This document shows, piece after piece, positions 1 to 9,188 of a stretch of 24,076 nucleotides of DNA. Position 1 is the stretch's first letter. Each line of letters opens with the position of its first letter. A program made the position numbers and the translations under genes. The stretch is from a virus (taxonomy: Duplodnaviria > Caudoviricetes): positions 1-24,076 of IMG/VR virus record IMGVR_UViG_3300016659_000131. One strand, given 5' to 3'. The notes beneath the pieces were generated by a model that was not told where the DNA came from, did no database searches, and was given only the letters and a program-made list of their open reading frames with translations.

Positions 1-676
1 GTCTTGGACTGTTTTTTTCTGTCACTAAATCCAAAGTTTCAATGTTGGTCCCATCTAGATTGAATTTCTGCAACATTAAAAATTGAACATCATAATGTGC
101 GACTTCACTACCGCCATCACACCCGCAGGAATGAGCGTATTGCCCTTTCATGTATTCATAATCTGTCGGTCCAATTGGAAACACATTCGGCAACCAATCA
201 GGACGAAATGTGACTAAGCCTGTGTCTTGACCTGTAAGGTAACTATAAAAAATAACATCTGCATCATATGACTTAGGAGCGTCTAATTTTTGATCATTAT
301 GATACCATGTAATGATCCTACATTTTCTTTTAAGTTGTTTTCCCTGTTCTACGCTCATGATGCCTTCTGGCCATAAATGGCCACAAGTTGCAACATATGC
401 AAGATTTTTAGAAGCATCATAATGAACTATTGTTCCTGATCCACTTGCATTTCCAACTGCAATTTTAACAGATGCTGACAAAAATCTCCTGTACTCAAGT
501 CCTCGTTTTGGTACTGGTGCAGGATTTGTGTTGCCGAATTTATCTCTTTCAAGAACCGGCATATTATCAAGCGGATGACGCTCAAAATTCCCATATGGAA
601 TTTGTGCTTCTTGACACAAAGATAATGGATTACATAAAATAAGAAGGACAAAGGTTGCAAAAATTTTATTGATCAT
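1..676 (-). CDS. Secreted trypsin-like (S1/Trypsin_2) serine protease, 3' end beyond window
   Basis: Manual translation from ATG at 676 (SD-like GCGGAG upstream): MINKIFATFVLLILCNPLSLC signal-like start, GSGTIV, VATCGHLW (catalytic His), QDTGLV (catalytic Asp), and ...TEKNSPR at the window edge just before the expected GxSGG serine motif. Frame is open for 225 codons. Confidence 0.8.
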   Translation of the reverse strand, partial: MINKIFATFVLLILCNPLSLCQEAQIPYGNFERHPLDNMPVLERDKFGNTNPAPVPKRGLEYRRFLSASVKIAVGNASGSGTIVHYDASKNLAYVATCGHLWPEGIMSVEQGKQLKRKCRIITWYHNDQKLDAPKSYDADVIFYSYLTGQDTGLVTFRPDWLPNVFPIGPTDYEYMKGQYAHSCGCDGGSEVAHYDVQFLMLQKFNLDGTNIETLDLVTEKNSPR

Positions 677-702
677 TAAAACTCCGCTTGTTTGGATTAT
701 CT

Positions 703-708
703 TATATA
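703..708. promoter_or_regulatory. TATATA motif (putative late promoter core)
   Basis: In the divergent gap between 676(-) and 719(+). Confidence 0.5.
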
Positions 709-718
709 CGGAAGTAAT

Positions 719-1186
719 ATGGCAACACTAACAATTTCACATCATATTTATTTAACAAACGAACAAAGATATAAAATTCATGAAGGCGAACCTTTGTCAT
801 TGGATGGAGTTGCAATACCAGTTTGGTTTTATAAAGGCAACACTTCTGAACCGGCACAAGAAATTTTTTGTCACTATCTTCTAAAAAATGATAAAACCGG
901 AACAAGTATTACATTCAACGCCAAAGAAGGCAAATTCATTGTGAATATGCCTCATGTTGAAATTATTTCAAACGATTCAGAAGTAGACCAAAATTTCAAG
1001 AAAGTCGTTCAAAGTAAAGTTGGTACTTCAGATAATTTACTGGAAATCAAGGATGGAGGCACTGGTTTTTGTGAATTTAAATTCTATCAAAAATTTGAAA
1101 TTGATAAAAAATTACATCATTTAATTCATTTTGTTGAAATCAAACCAATCGACATTTTGACTGATACTTTAGGGTCCGTTTCTTAG
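719..1186 (+). CDS. Hypothetical protein
   Basis: ORF 692-1186; the ATG at 719, just after the TATATA motif, is the likelier start. No recognisable motif. Confidence 0.7.
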   Translation: MATLTISHHIYLTNEQRYKIHEGEPLSLDGVAIPVWFYKGNTSEPAQEIFCHYLLKNDKTGTSITFNAKEGKFIVNMPHVEIISNDSEVDQNFKKVVQSKVGTSDNLLEIKDGGTGFCEFKFYQKFEIDKKLHHLIHFVEIKPIDILTDTLGSVS

Positions 1187-1675
1187 CTGCAAGGACATAC
1201 GCAGAGCAACTGAATCTCCATTTGCAAAAGTGACAGGAGAACTTAGTTCGGCAGAGCTTATAAGATATCCAGAATTATCTGATTTATTTGTCAAAAAAAG
1301 ATTTCGCACCGGACCATAAGTTCCCGTTGCCGAGAATGTTACAATTGATCCAACTGCTCTGTAATAGCTACCAACCAACTGAATAGTGAATCCGCCATTG
1401 GAACTTACAGTTTGCCTCGAATATCCATTTCCTGACGGTTCTAGGCTCGAAATAGTTGCCATATTATCTGCGGTAGCAAGCGAAGTTCTTGCGTCTAATC
1501 CAAAGTAATAATCTGTAGGCACTACAGTACCATCGTTGTTAAAACAACAGGTGAGAAGGAATTGTTCTCCTTCTGTGTGCAGCAAATTTAATATGTCATG
1601 ATCTTCCCAAATAACTTTTCCATCACGGATGTGTTGAATTTCCAAGATTTTTAAAATTCCATGCCAGTCTTTCAT
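1169..1675 (-). CDS. Putative small virion structural protein (tail/fiber-associated beta-rich family)
   Basis: Pattern NLLHTEGEQFLL...YYFGL...EPSGNGYSRQTV...TFSATGTYGPV...TFANGDS resembles small phage tail-associated proteins. Confidence 0.55.
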   Translation of the reverse strand: MKDWHGILKILEIQHIRDGKVIWEDHDILNLLHTEGEQFLLTCCFNNDGTVVPTDYYFGLDARTSLATADNMATISSLEPSGNGYSRQTVSSNGGFTIQLVGSYYRAVGSIVTFSATGTYGPVRNLFLTNKSDNSGYLISSAELSSPVTFANGDSVALRMSLQLRNGP

Positions 1676-2199
1676 TTTTTTCCTAACTTGTAAACTGATT
1701 GTTCTTTTAAACTTAAAGATAATACTAATTCGTCAATCTTGAATTCCTGACCTTCAAAATATGTATCGTCTAAAAATTTATCTCCATATCCTTTTTTTAC
1801 ATAGGCTATTGTAATATGAGGTATGTATAAAGGAAATTTGTTGGTATTTTTAATTGATTGACTCAAATTTTTGTTCAAAATATTTATTGAGTCATTTACA
1901 ACTTCAATATGAACAACATCATATTTGCTATTGTTTTTAAATAATTTTATTTTACCCATTTTACAAATTATAGTTTCTTCTTCGCCAATAATTTTTTTAA
2001 ATTTTTCATGACTGGTATCTTCAATATTTCCAAGTATTGTTAAATGTATATTTTTCTCCCTTCCAAAAGAAGGATCAATTGGATCATGAAAAAAATTTTC
2101 ACAATCAATATGATCATATCCCCACGATATTACTGAATCTACTATTGTTTCTGGCGGATATGCTATCAAATAATAGGATTCAAATCTATCCCATGACAT
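1672..2199 (-). CDS. 2H phosphoesterase (T4 gp57B/Acb1-like or 2'-5' RNA ligase family)
   Basis: Two HxT motifs: GREKNIHLTILG and YIPHITIAY. Likely start at MSWDRF (2199). Confidence 0.75.
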   Translation of the reverse strand: MSWDRFESYYLIAYPPETIVDSVISWGYDHIDCENFFHDPIDPSFGREKNIHLTILGNIEDTSHEKFKKIIGEEETIICKMGKIKLFKNNSKYDVVHIEVVNDSINILNKNLSQSIKNTNKFPLYIPHITIAYVKKGYGDKFLDDTYFEGQEFKIDELVLSLSLKEQSVYKLGKK

Positions 2200-2524
2200 A
2201 ATCCAAACCAGTCTGATCGTCCTGATCATTTATCTTAGGTGCATTTTTTCTTTCTTTTAATTGTTGCAATCTATCTTTTTCTTTCTTTATTTCATTCTCT
2301 ACCACATTTAATACAGAACCCAGATCAACAACTGGCATGGGATTACTTGCTGTTTTTCTTGCAATTTTATTTTCTTGACGAACTGTTCTTTTGTTTTCAA
2401 CACTTTCAACGATACTTAACGCCTTACGGATGTATGCCTTGACTTCTTGTAAAGAAAAATCATCTGGTGTGTTATGCAAAGCTTGATTCAATAAGCTTTT
2501 TACAATACCCGTGTTATTTTTCAT
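2186..2524 (-). CDS. Hypothetical helical/coiled-coil protein
   Basis: 112-aa ORF that overlaps both neighbours in a co-directional run. Confidence 0.7.
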   Translation of the reverse strand: MKNNTGIVKSLLNQALHNTPDDFSLQEVKAYIRKALSIVESVENKRTVRQENKIARKTASNPMPVVDLGSVLNVVENEIKKEKDRLQQLKERKNAPKINDQDDQTGLDYVMG

Positions 2525-3455
2525 TGCGATGTCTCCTAATCAAATTTATCCAACGAATTTGAGCATCTTCAGTTAATCTGTAACTTTCAATCGTCTCAAA
2601 CAAAGATGGATTTTTAATCTTGACTTCCCAAACATCAAGATTGCCCTTCGGCGGTTCTTTAAATATGACAACATCCTTATTTAAATAAGTTTTCATACCT
2701 AAAGCCAATTCTTTTTGCTTATTCTCATAAATTGCTTTTTTAGTAGAATCATCTCCTAAAAATCCGCTTACAAATTTGTTTATTTTCTTTTTTTGATTGT
2801 AAAATTCCATTAAATTATCTTGAATTTTTTGAGCTTTTGATGGAAGTTCTGTTGTGATATATTCAACATGAAAGTCATTGAAATTAAATTTCAAAACAAT
2901 CGGTATGATGTAATCAAATTTTGCGATCACAGATTCTGCTTTGAGTCTCTTGGGCAAACAAACTTCTAGTTGAACTGGCAAATGTTCAAGTTTATTTTGT
3001 ACTAATCCTTTGAAAATAAAGCCTTTAAGTCTTTCAATATTGGCATAACACTCATCAACAAGAGATTCCACGCAATCATCAACATCATTTGCCGTAAACA
3101 TTTGACCCAATGATTTTGCTTCAAAATTAAAGACACATGATTCCAAATAAACATAGAAATTTGAATCAATCGTTTCTTTATACTTTGCCAAACAATTTTT
3201 CATAGAATCTAAATTGTTTGATTTCATGGCTATCTGAATATTTTCAATAAACGGATAATTATCAAGACTAAGTTTTTGTTCTATTTTTTCATGGTTAATC
3301 AAAAAATCTTTTGCTTCGTCATAAAAATTCGTTTTTCTTAAAACTAAAGCGGAAAGTTCGCTGGCAATATGGTTTTTATAGTTCTCCATTGAAACAGTAA
3401 TTTCACGACTGTTCTCTTTTGCCATAACATATTCTTTATACTTATTGAATGTCAT
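2514..3455 (-). CDS. Hypothetical protein downstream of terminase
   Basis: ATG at 3455 immediately after the TerL stop, with SD-like GGTGGTGA; N-terminus MTFNKYKEYVMAKE. Confidence 0.75.
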   Translation of the reverse strand: MTFNKYKEYVMAKENSREITVSMENYKNHIASELSALVLRKTNFYDEAKDFLINHEKIEQKLSLDNYPFIENIQIAMKSNNLDSMKNCLAKYKETIDSNFYVYLESCVFNFEAKSLGQMFTANDVDDCVESLVDECYANIERLKGFIFKGLVQNKLEHLPVQLEVCLPKRLKAESVIAKFDYIIPIVLKFNFNDFHVEYITTELPSKAQKIQDNLMEFYNQKKKINKFVSGFLGDDSTKKAIYENKQKELALGMKTYLNKDVVIFKEPPKGNLDVWEVKIKNPSLFETIESYRLTEDAQIRWINLIRRHRNEK

Positions 3456-3456
3456 T

Positions 3457-5346
3457 TCACCACCCAAACTCTCGAAGAATTTTTTCTCCCCTTCTTTCAA
3501 ATCTTTGAAGCAACGACGAATCATATTCATCTCTGTCAGAAGCTAAAATATCATATTCATTTTCCAAAAGAATATCTTCTGGCCTTCCTTCCATAAGTTC
3601 TCTTTTTATGTCATCATAAACTTGTGATTTAACAGCTTGAAGGTTTTCTTTTGCAGCACCTGTGCCGAGAGGAACTTCTCTAATTAGACTATCACGAACA
3701 TATAAACCTATGCACATGGCCATGATGGCATCATCGTGTTTTCCTTTTTGTGCTTGTGCCTTCCTAGTGACCTTATTGTATTCAAAGGTATTTAACTCAT
3801 TGACAAATCTTGCACTATTTACCCTGACAGTATGATTGATCAAACGATTTTGCAAAGTTTCTAAGAACTGAGTTCTATTTGTTTGATTGACTCTTACTCC
3901 CGGTTTTGCATTTGTAGTTTTTGTATTTTCGTAATAAAGATTGTCATAGAAATGTGTATGTTGCAAAGCACTTAAAACCGCTCCGCCCGGTCCCATGTTT
4001 TCAACAACAACTAAGGCATTATTGTACATGATCGCAACTTCTTTGATAAGTTGTGCAAATTCGTGAGGATATATGATGTTTGAATAAAATTCACAAACTT
4101 GCTCTAGTGTAGCAGTATTGATTACATGAAAAACACTATTGTCATTATTTTCTCCTTGACCTTCGGCACAGTCAGCAGAAATAATATATTCTTGACCTTG
4201 AATTGGTTCTTTCCAAACCCACATCGCACCTTTGTTATTGTCTGTTTCTAACTGTGCAATACGACCGATGGTGTTGGCCCATTTGGGAAACAATTTACGA
4301 CTGGGATAATTGTTTCTTGTCTGTTCAAATAATGTGGTGAGCACATTCGTTGGAAAATATGTCTCGCCAGAACCTTGAAATTCACGCAAAACTTCTTGTC
4401 GAAAGCCTTTTTCTCCCAACTGAGCTTTTTGTTCTGCCACCCACTTTTCATCGTTGTAATCAGGATGTTCCCAATAGTCCAAATCAATTACATGAAACTT
4501 ATTCAATCCTTCCTTGGCATCATGATATGTTTGCTCATACCAGTTGCCAAGACCATTAACTGTTGATATAAGAGTGCATGAACCACCTGTTGAGAGAATG
4601 GGCCACATAGCTTTCCAATGTTTGTCCATATCGTCGATGAACGCACATTCGTCAACAATCAGAAATGTGACTGATTTACCACGGGCAGCTTCTGGCGAAT
4701 AAAATTTCAATGCCGAACCAGTATCTGTAAATTGTTTCAAGTGGTCATTCCACTTTCCATCTTTGCGAGGCTTGATCCAATCAGGAAAATTTTCGCAAGC
4801 ACGGTCTGCCATCATGCCAATATCAGTTGCTTCTCGGTCGGTTTTGCTAATCAACATGATTTGTTGATCAAGCTGAAACATACATCGCCACAATCCCCAC
4901 AATAATGTGACTGTAGTCAAACCACCCTGACGGAATTTTGAAATAATGTTGAAGCGATGATTTTCGTAATCGTGAATTGTTTTTCTTTGATATTTAAATA
5001 AAACGAATGGAATCAAACCTCTCATCGGGTGGAGGATTCTTACATATTTGTGGCAAAAGTACGCAAAACTTTGTGAACATTTAATCAGTTCTTTTTTTCT
5101 TCTATTGGGATCATAATTTTCTATGCTGCTTAAAGGTTCGTCTGGATCAATTTCCATTTCATATTTGTCGAAATCGTAATATGTCAGATCATATTGAGGT
5201 TTGCCGGTAAGAGGGTCAATTGCCCCACCGGCTTTGTAGTAATCTTTAAGTGTTTTGAATTTGCCTCGCCAAATTGAATCGGCAACACTTTTAAAATAAA
5301 TTGGTTTTTCATCCATATAATTTTTTGACCCGATAAACTCTTTCAT
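3457..5346 (-). CDS. gp17: Terminase large subunit (T4 gp17-like)
   Basis: Adenine-binding LFKYQ, Walker A-like KFRQGGLTT, ARGKS, Walker B LIVDECAF, coupling motif ISTVNG, nuclease motifs SADCAEG..DNS and HDDAIMA. Confidence 0.95.
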   Translation of the reverse strand: MKEFIGSKNYMDEKPIYFKSVADSIWRGKFKTLKDYYKAGGAIDPLTGKPQYDLTYYDFDKYEMEIDPDEPLSSIENYDPNRRKKELIKCSQSFAYFCHKYVRILHPMRGLIPFVLFKYQRKTIHDYENHRFNIISKFRQGGLTTVTLLWGLWRCMFQLDQQIMLISKTDREATDIGMMADRACENFPDWIKPRKDGKWNDHLKQFTDTGSALKFYSPEAARGKSVTFLIVDECAFIDDMDKHWKAMWPILSTGGSCTLISTVNGLGNWYEQTYHDAKEGLNKFHVIDLDYWEHPDYNDEKWVAEQKAQLGEKGFRQEVLREFQGSGETYFPTNVLTTLFEQTRNNYPSRKLFPKWANTIGRIAQLETDNNKGAMWVWKEPIQGQEYIISADCAEGQGENNDNSVFHVINTATLEQVCEFYSNIIYPHEFAQLIKEVAIMYNNALVVVENMGPGGAVLSALQHTHFYDNLYYENTKTTNAKPGVRVNQTNRTQFLETLQNRLINHTVRVNSARFVNELNTFEYNKVTRKAQAQKGKHDDAIMAMCIGLYVRDSLIREVPLGTGAAKENLQAVKSQVYDDIKRELMEGRPEDILLENEYDILASDRDEYDSSLLQRFERRGEKILREFGW

Positions 5347-5370
5347 TTTTAGAATAGTTTGTGTCTAATT

Positions 5371-5376
5371 TATATA
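5371..5376. promoter_or_regulatory. TATATA motif (putative late promoter core)
   Basis: In the divergent gap between terminase and M28. Confidence 0.5.
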
Positions 5377-5394
5377 TGGTGCAGAGGAACAACC

Positions 5395-6519
5395 ATGAAA
5401 AAACTTCAGATAATAGTTCTGACATTAGCAATATTGATGATAGTTGTCCTTTTAAGCAAAAATGAATTCCATCAAAATATTGAAGAAAAAGAAATAATCA
5501 AACCAAAAACCAAGTCTGTACCAAAACAAGAATTGCCAAAAGTATCAGATGCTCTTGAAAAAATAGACGAACAAGAAATCAAAAGAAACCTTGAATATCT
5601 TGCATCTAATGAACTTGAAGGCAGAATGTCAGGGAAAAAAGGAAATAAATTAGCCGCAGATTTTATCAAGAAAAAGTTTGAAAGCTTTGGATTGCCGACA
5701 GAATATCATAAGTTTCCAATTAGGAGAACAAACCCCGGACCTAAAAACGAATTAGGCGACGATTTCACCCAAAATGTATATGCTTGGATAGACGGAAATG
5801 ATCCTCAATTAAAAGATGAGATTGTCGTAGTTGGAGCGCATCTAGATCACATCGGTTATGGCCCATCTATGTCAAGGGCAAATAAAGTTCTGAAAATACA
5901 CCCCGGTGCCGATGATAATGCTTCTGGCTCTGTTGCTTTGCTTGAAATAGCTGAGGCGTTTTCCTTTTTGAAAGGACAAAATAAAAGAACTGTAGTTTTT
6001 ATGGCTTTTTCAGCAGAAGAAATGGGGTTAAAAGGCAGTCTGCATTATGTCAATAATCCTCTTTTTCCACGCAGTAATCCTTCTTTATCAAAACATATTT
6101 TTATGTTGAATATGGATATGATTGGTCATTTATCAAAAAATAAAACCGCTTCTTTTGATGATGCAATTAGTTCGGCAGACATAGGAGATTTAATCAAAAA
6201 ATTAAATGATAAATATTCTTTTGCTAAGAAAATAACCTTACGAGGGGCAAGCGGCAGCGATCATGCACCATTCTATAACAAAAAAATTCCAGTCGCTTTC
6301 CTTCATACTGGATTGCATGAATACTATCACACACCTAGGGATACAGCAGAAAAAATAAATTACGAAGGACTTGAAAAGGTTGCCAGATATGGCTTTGAAT
6401 TAGTATGGGAAGTTTGCAACAGTCAAAATAAACCAGAGTTCGATGTTGGTTCTTTCAGCGAAATGGACTACAGTCACGATCACGGACACAAAGATTTACC
6501 TTTTGAGGAAAAACCATGA
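5395..6519 (+). CDS. M28 family Zn aminopeptidase with N-terminal membrane anchor/signal
   Basis: GAHLDH, GADDNASG, AEEMGLKGS, NMDMIG, SDHAPF, YHTPRD motifs. Start MKKLQIIVLTLAILMIVVLLS after SD GAGG. Confidence 0.92.
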   Translation: MKKLQIIVLTLAILMIVVLLSKNEFHQNIEEKEIIKPKTKSVPKQELPKVSDALEKIDEQEIKRNLEYLASNELEGRMSGKKGNKLAADFIKKKFESFGLPTEYHKFPIRRTNPGPKNELGDDFTQNVYAWIDGNDPQLKDEIVVVGAHLDHIGYGPSMSRANKVLKIHPGADDNASGSVALLEIAEAFSFLKGQNKRTVVFMAFSAEEMGLKGSLHYVNNPLFPRSNPSLSKHIFMLNMDMIGHLSKNKTASFDDAISSADIGDLIKKLNDKYSFAKKITLRGASGSDHAPFYNKKIPVAFLHTGLHEYYHTPRDTAEKINYEGLEKVARYGFELVWEVCNSQNKPEFDVGSFSEMDYSHDHGHKDLPFEEKP

Positions 6520-6944
6520 CACTTGATGAAATGATTGGTCTTATGAATCAAGACCTTATGAACGAATGGATGCACATGAAGTTTTATTTATACCACGCAT
6601 CTGCCGTAGTTGGACTACATTGTCATGAATATAAAGAAATATTGATAAATGAAGCTAAAAGCGAAATGAATCATGTTACTGAGTTTTCTGACGCAATCGT
6701 CGGATTAGGCGGTGTCGCCACTAGTCAATCAAATGAATTTCCAAAATTTATCCAACCACAAGACATCATGAAACACGCAGTTCATATTGAAAATGAAGTT
6801 GTAGAAAATTATGCAAACAGGATCGAACAAGCCAAAGAATTAGGTGGATCAACTGGGGCTTGGTTAGAAATTTTTTATGAAAATCAACTTGAACATAGCC
6901 GTATTGATTTGGATCATTTTAAACAAATTGTCAAAGGAACTTGA
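6516..6944 (+). CDS. Ferritin/bacterioferritin-like four-helix bundle protein
   Basis: Di-iron-type residues: NEWMH..Y, SEMNH, IENEVVENY, IDLDH; also the IVGLGG turn. ATGA overlap with the M28 gene. Confidence 0.8.
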   Translation: MTLDEMIGLMNQDLMNEWMHMKFYLYHASAVVGLHCHEYKEILINEAKSEMNHVTEFSDAIVGLGGVATSQSNEFPKFIQPQDIMKHAVHIENEVVENYANRIEQAKELGGSTGAWLEIFYENQLEHSRIDLDHFKQIVKGT

Positions 6945-6990
6945 CCTAAATTTCTAAAAACATACAATTATTTGTGTTTTTGAAGAAAGG

Positions 6991-7302
6991 ATGAGTTTTA
7001 TGAAGTACAATCTTGTTTCGAACCTGCCTGTTGCTCGTTTTTGGTACAAAGGCAATCATAGCCATCCAGTACGAAGAACGATTCTCGTAACTAATCAGGA
7101 CGAGGAAACTATTACTGGCTATGAACTGCGTGAAGGTGGAAAAGTACGACCAGCAAAATACGCTCCAATCAAGACATTTACACGATCAAAGATTGCAAAA
7201 ACCAGCAATCTTCGTTCTGATAATCCGCTAAGGAAGAAAAGCGAAGCCAAGAGCACTTTAATTCGCAAACCTCTTTTGGACTTGATCGAAAGCGGAATTT
7301 GA
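6991..7302 (+). CDS. Hypothetical protein, possible stand-alone WYL-like domain
   Basis: RFWYKG...RRTILV...ITGYELRE...IKTFTRSKI follows the WYL pattern F.Y...R.V...L.a...R...RtF...rI. Confidence 0.5.
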   Translation: MSFMKYNLVSNLPVARFWYKGNHSHPVRRTILVTNQDEETITGYELREGGKVRPAKYAPIKTFTRSKIAKTSNLRSDNPLRKKSEAKSTLIRKPLLDLIESGI

Positions 7303-7323
7303 TAAAAACCCGTAAAACTTCAA

Positions 7324-7361
7324 AAAGACACTACTAGATAAAGTAGTGTCTTTATTTTTTT
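7324..7361 (+). terminator. Intrinsic terminator-like hairpin
   Basis: 12-bp perfect stem AAAGACACTACT / AGTAGTGTCTTT with loop AGATAA, followed by a T-run. Confidence 0.75.
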
Positions 7362-7373
7362 GGGAAATAAAAA

Positions 7374-8378
7374 ATGTCATATTATCTCAATCCATTCAAC
7401 GAATACCAAGGATATTATACAGTTGGTGATTCATCCGGCTTTAAATTAACCTTTAAGGTTCCCGGCAATAAAAATTTCTCTGAATTTTTCATTTGTTGGA
7501 ATCCAGAGCCTTACAACCTTTCAATTTATAGCACATTAACATTCAACTTTGCATTTGATCCATCATTCAAAAATTGGTCATCATTTAGTGTAAACATCGC
7601 TGGTCCTACCCCGGCAGTAACAACAGCAGCGGAAATTGTTAGCATTCTCAATGCGGATTCAAATTTCTCCGCATGGTACACAGCTTCTGTTTACAGCGGC
7701 AATAAAGTTGGAATCAGACAGAAAAAGCCAGTTGTTGGATTCCATACATTTATTTCAAATACAAGCGCAGAAAAAAAACTCAGATTCAATAAACAAATTG
7801 GCGTGGCAGATATCCCGTCTTATTTTGAAAAAGACACCATAGCAAACAGATTTACCTCTGATACAGCCAACAATACGCTCATTAGACTAGGCAAGGTAAT
7901 CTCCGCAAATAGTGCTGCTAATCCGACTGTATGCACCTGTACAGCGCACGGATTGTCAAATGGCGACACAATCTACATTGCCAACAGCAATTGCACACCA
8001 ACAATTGATGGTGCCAGAACTGTTACCGTGACAGGATTGGACACATTCACAATACCAGTCAATGTAACAACAGCAGGCACCTTCGCTGAATTTTATACAC
8101 AAGAAGAATATGATTTATTGACCGATCTTGGTGTTGACTACACCAAGTTGCTCACAGATTACGAGCATCTTAAAGGCAGATGTCCTGCTTTCCAATTTAT
8201 AAAAAATACATTGGATGGAAGCAGTAGAATTATTCAGCAAATTACATATGCTGCCGGATCAACAGCGGGAATGTTGGGCAAGAAAACAATTTATACTTAT
8301 ACAGGTATTGCAACCACTCCAACTACAGTAGCAGAATTTCCTTATGTTTTAACTGCCGCCGATATTCTTAGTCCTTGA
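7374..8378 (+). CDS. Putative virion structural protein with E1-FCCH-like beta domain
   Basis: T/S/A/G-rich composition; ANPTVCTCTAHGLSNGDTIYI...DTFTIPVN matches the FCCH-like module common in phage tail/neck proteins. Confidence 0.6.
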   Translation: MSYYLNPFNEYQGYYTVGDSSGFKLTFKVPGNKNFSEFFICWNPEPYNLSIYSTLTFNFAFDPSFKNWSSFSVNIAGPTPAVTTAAEIVSILNADSNFSAWYTASVYSGNKVGIRQKKPVVGFHTFISNTSAEKKLRFNKQIGVADIPSYFEKDTIANRFTSDTANNTLIRLGKVISANSAANPTVCTCTAHGLSNGDTIYIANSNCTPTIDGARTVTVTGLDTFTIPVNVTTAGTFAEFYTQEEYDLLTDLGVDYTKLLTDYEHLKGRCPAFQFIKNTLDGSSRIIQQITYAAGSTAGMLGKKTIYTYTGIATTPTTVAEFPYVLTAADILSP

Positions 8379-8555
8379 AATTTTTTCCTTGAAGTCAAAA
8401 TAATTCCATGTGGTTGCCGAATCTTGGTAGCCACTTATGCTTATTACCCTTGGTTTCTCAACAGTAATTTTTTTTTCCAATAAAGAGGGCAAGTTGTGCA
8501 AAACACAAATTGCCCATTCATCATTCATTAAATTTTTCCAGCTTTTGCTGGACAT
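8349..8555 (-). CDS. Small hypothetical protein
   Basis: 68 aa with SD GAGG; starts 9 bp after the upstream stop codon. Confidence 0.6.
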   Translation of the reverse strand: MSSKSWKNLMNDEWAICVLHNLPSLLEKKITVEKPRVISISGYQDSATTWNYFDFKEKISRTKNIGGS

Positions 8556-8564
8556 AAAACCTCA

Positions 8565-9152
8565 TTACATAAAGAAAATTATGTAAGCCAATCCAACAAC
8601 TTGTGCTGCAATTACGCAAATTAAGATTTTGTCCATCATGGACGAGCCATCATTTTGAGGAACAGACATTTTTTCAAACTCCTCGGCTAAACCCAAACTT
8701 CTCACAACTTTCTTGGGTGACTCAACCTTCGGGTTGGCATCCTTTGCCTTACTTTCTTGCTTTTCCTTGGGCTTATTGTTGGTTTTAAATTCTGCCAACA
8801 TCTCCACAAGTTCTCTTTTTGTAAGCGATACAGAATCATTTTCGGAATCATTGCTTTTAACCAAAGCAATGTGTTCAACCAGTTGCATAGGCACTCTTGG
8901 TTCCAATGATTCTAATTTTTGTTCTACGACATTACCAGTAGCAGGATCAATTACTTCTAATTTTCTTTCATAAATATATGGCTTAACCTTTTCTACGATC
9001 CTCTGTTGCAAACGCAGAGGACGGGCATCTTCGACATGTAACTCAATGACTCTTTCACCTTGACCGTTTACATCCTTGGTTTCAGTAACTCTGCGTTCGG
9101 CTCTTCTGCCATCGTCCAAAGTCCACTTTTCCACCTTTAGCTGGTCATCCAT
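8565..9152 (-). CDS. Hypothetical tail-anchored membrane protein
   Basis: Soluble N-terminus; C-terminal hydrophobic helix ILICVIAAQVVGLAYIIFFM; SD AAGGGG. Confidence 0.75.
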   Translation of the reverse strand: MDDQLKVEKWTLDDGRRAERRVTETKDVNGQGERVIELHVEDARPLRLQQRIVEKVKPYIYERKLEVIDPATGNVVEQKLESLEPRVPMQLVEHIALVKSNDSENDSVSLTKRELVEMLAEFKTNNKPKEKQESKAKDANPKVESPKKVVRSLGLAEEFEKMSVPQNDGSSMMDKILICVIAAQVVGLAYIIFFM

Positions 9153-9188
9153 AAATCCCCTTTCATTTATATTATTTATTCCAAAATG

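Noticed and set aside
427-660. 77-aa minus-strand ORF in the track
   Set aside because: Alternative frame of the trypsin-like gene (676 to the window edge).
8565-9152. Holin or spanin call for the tail-anchored protein
   Set aside because: A single C-terminal TM helix with no adjacent endolysin is insufficient evidence.
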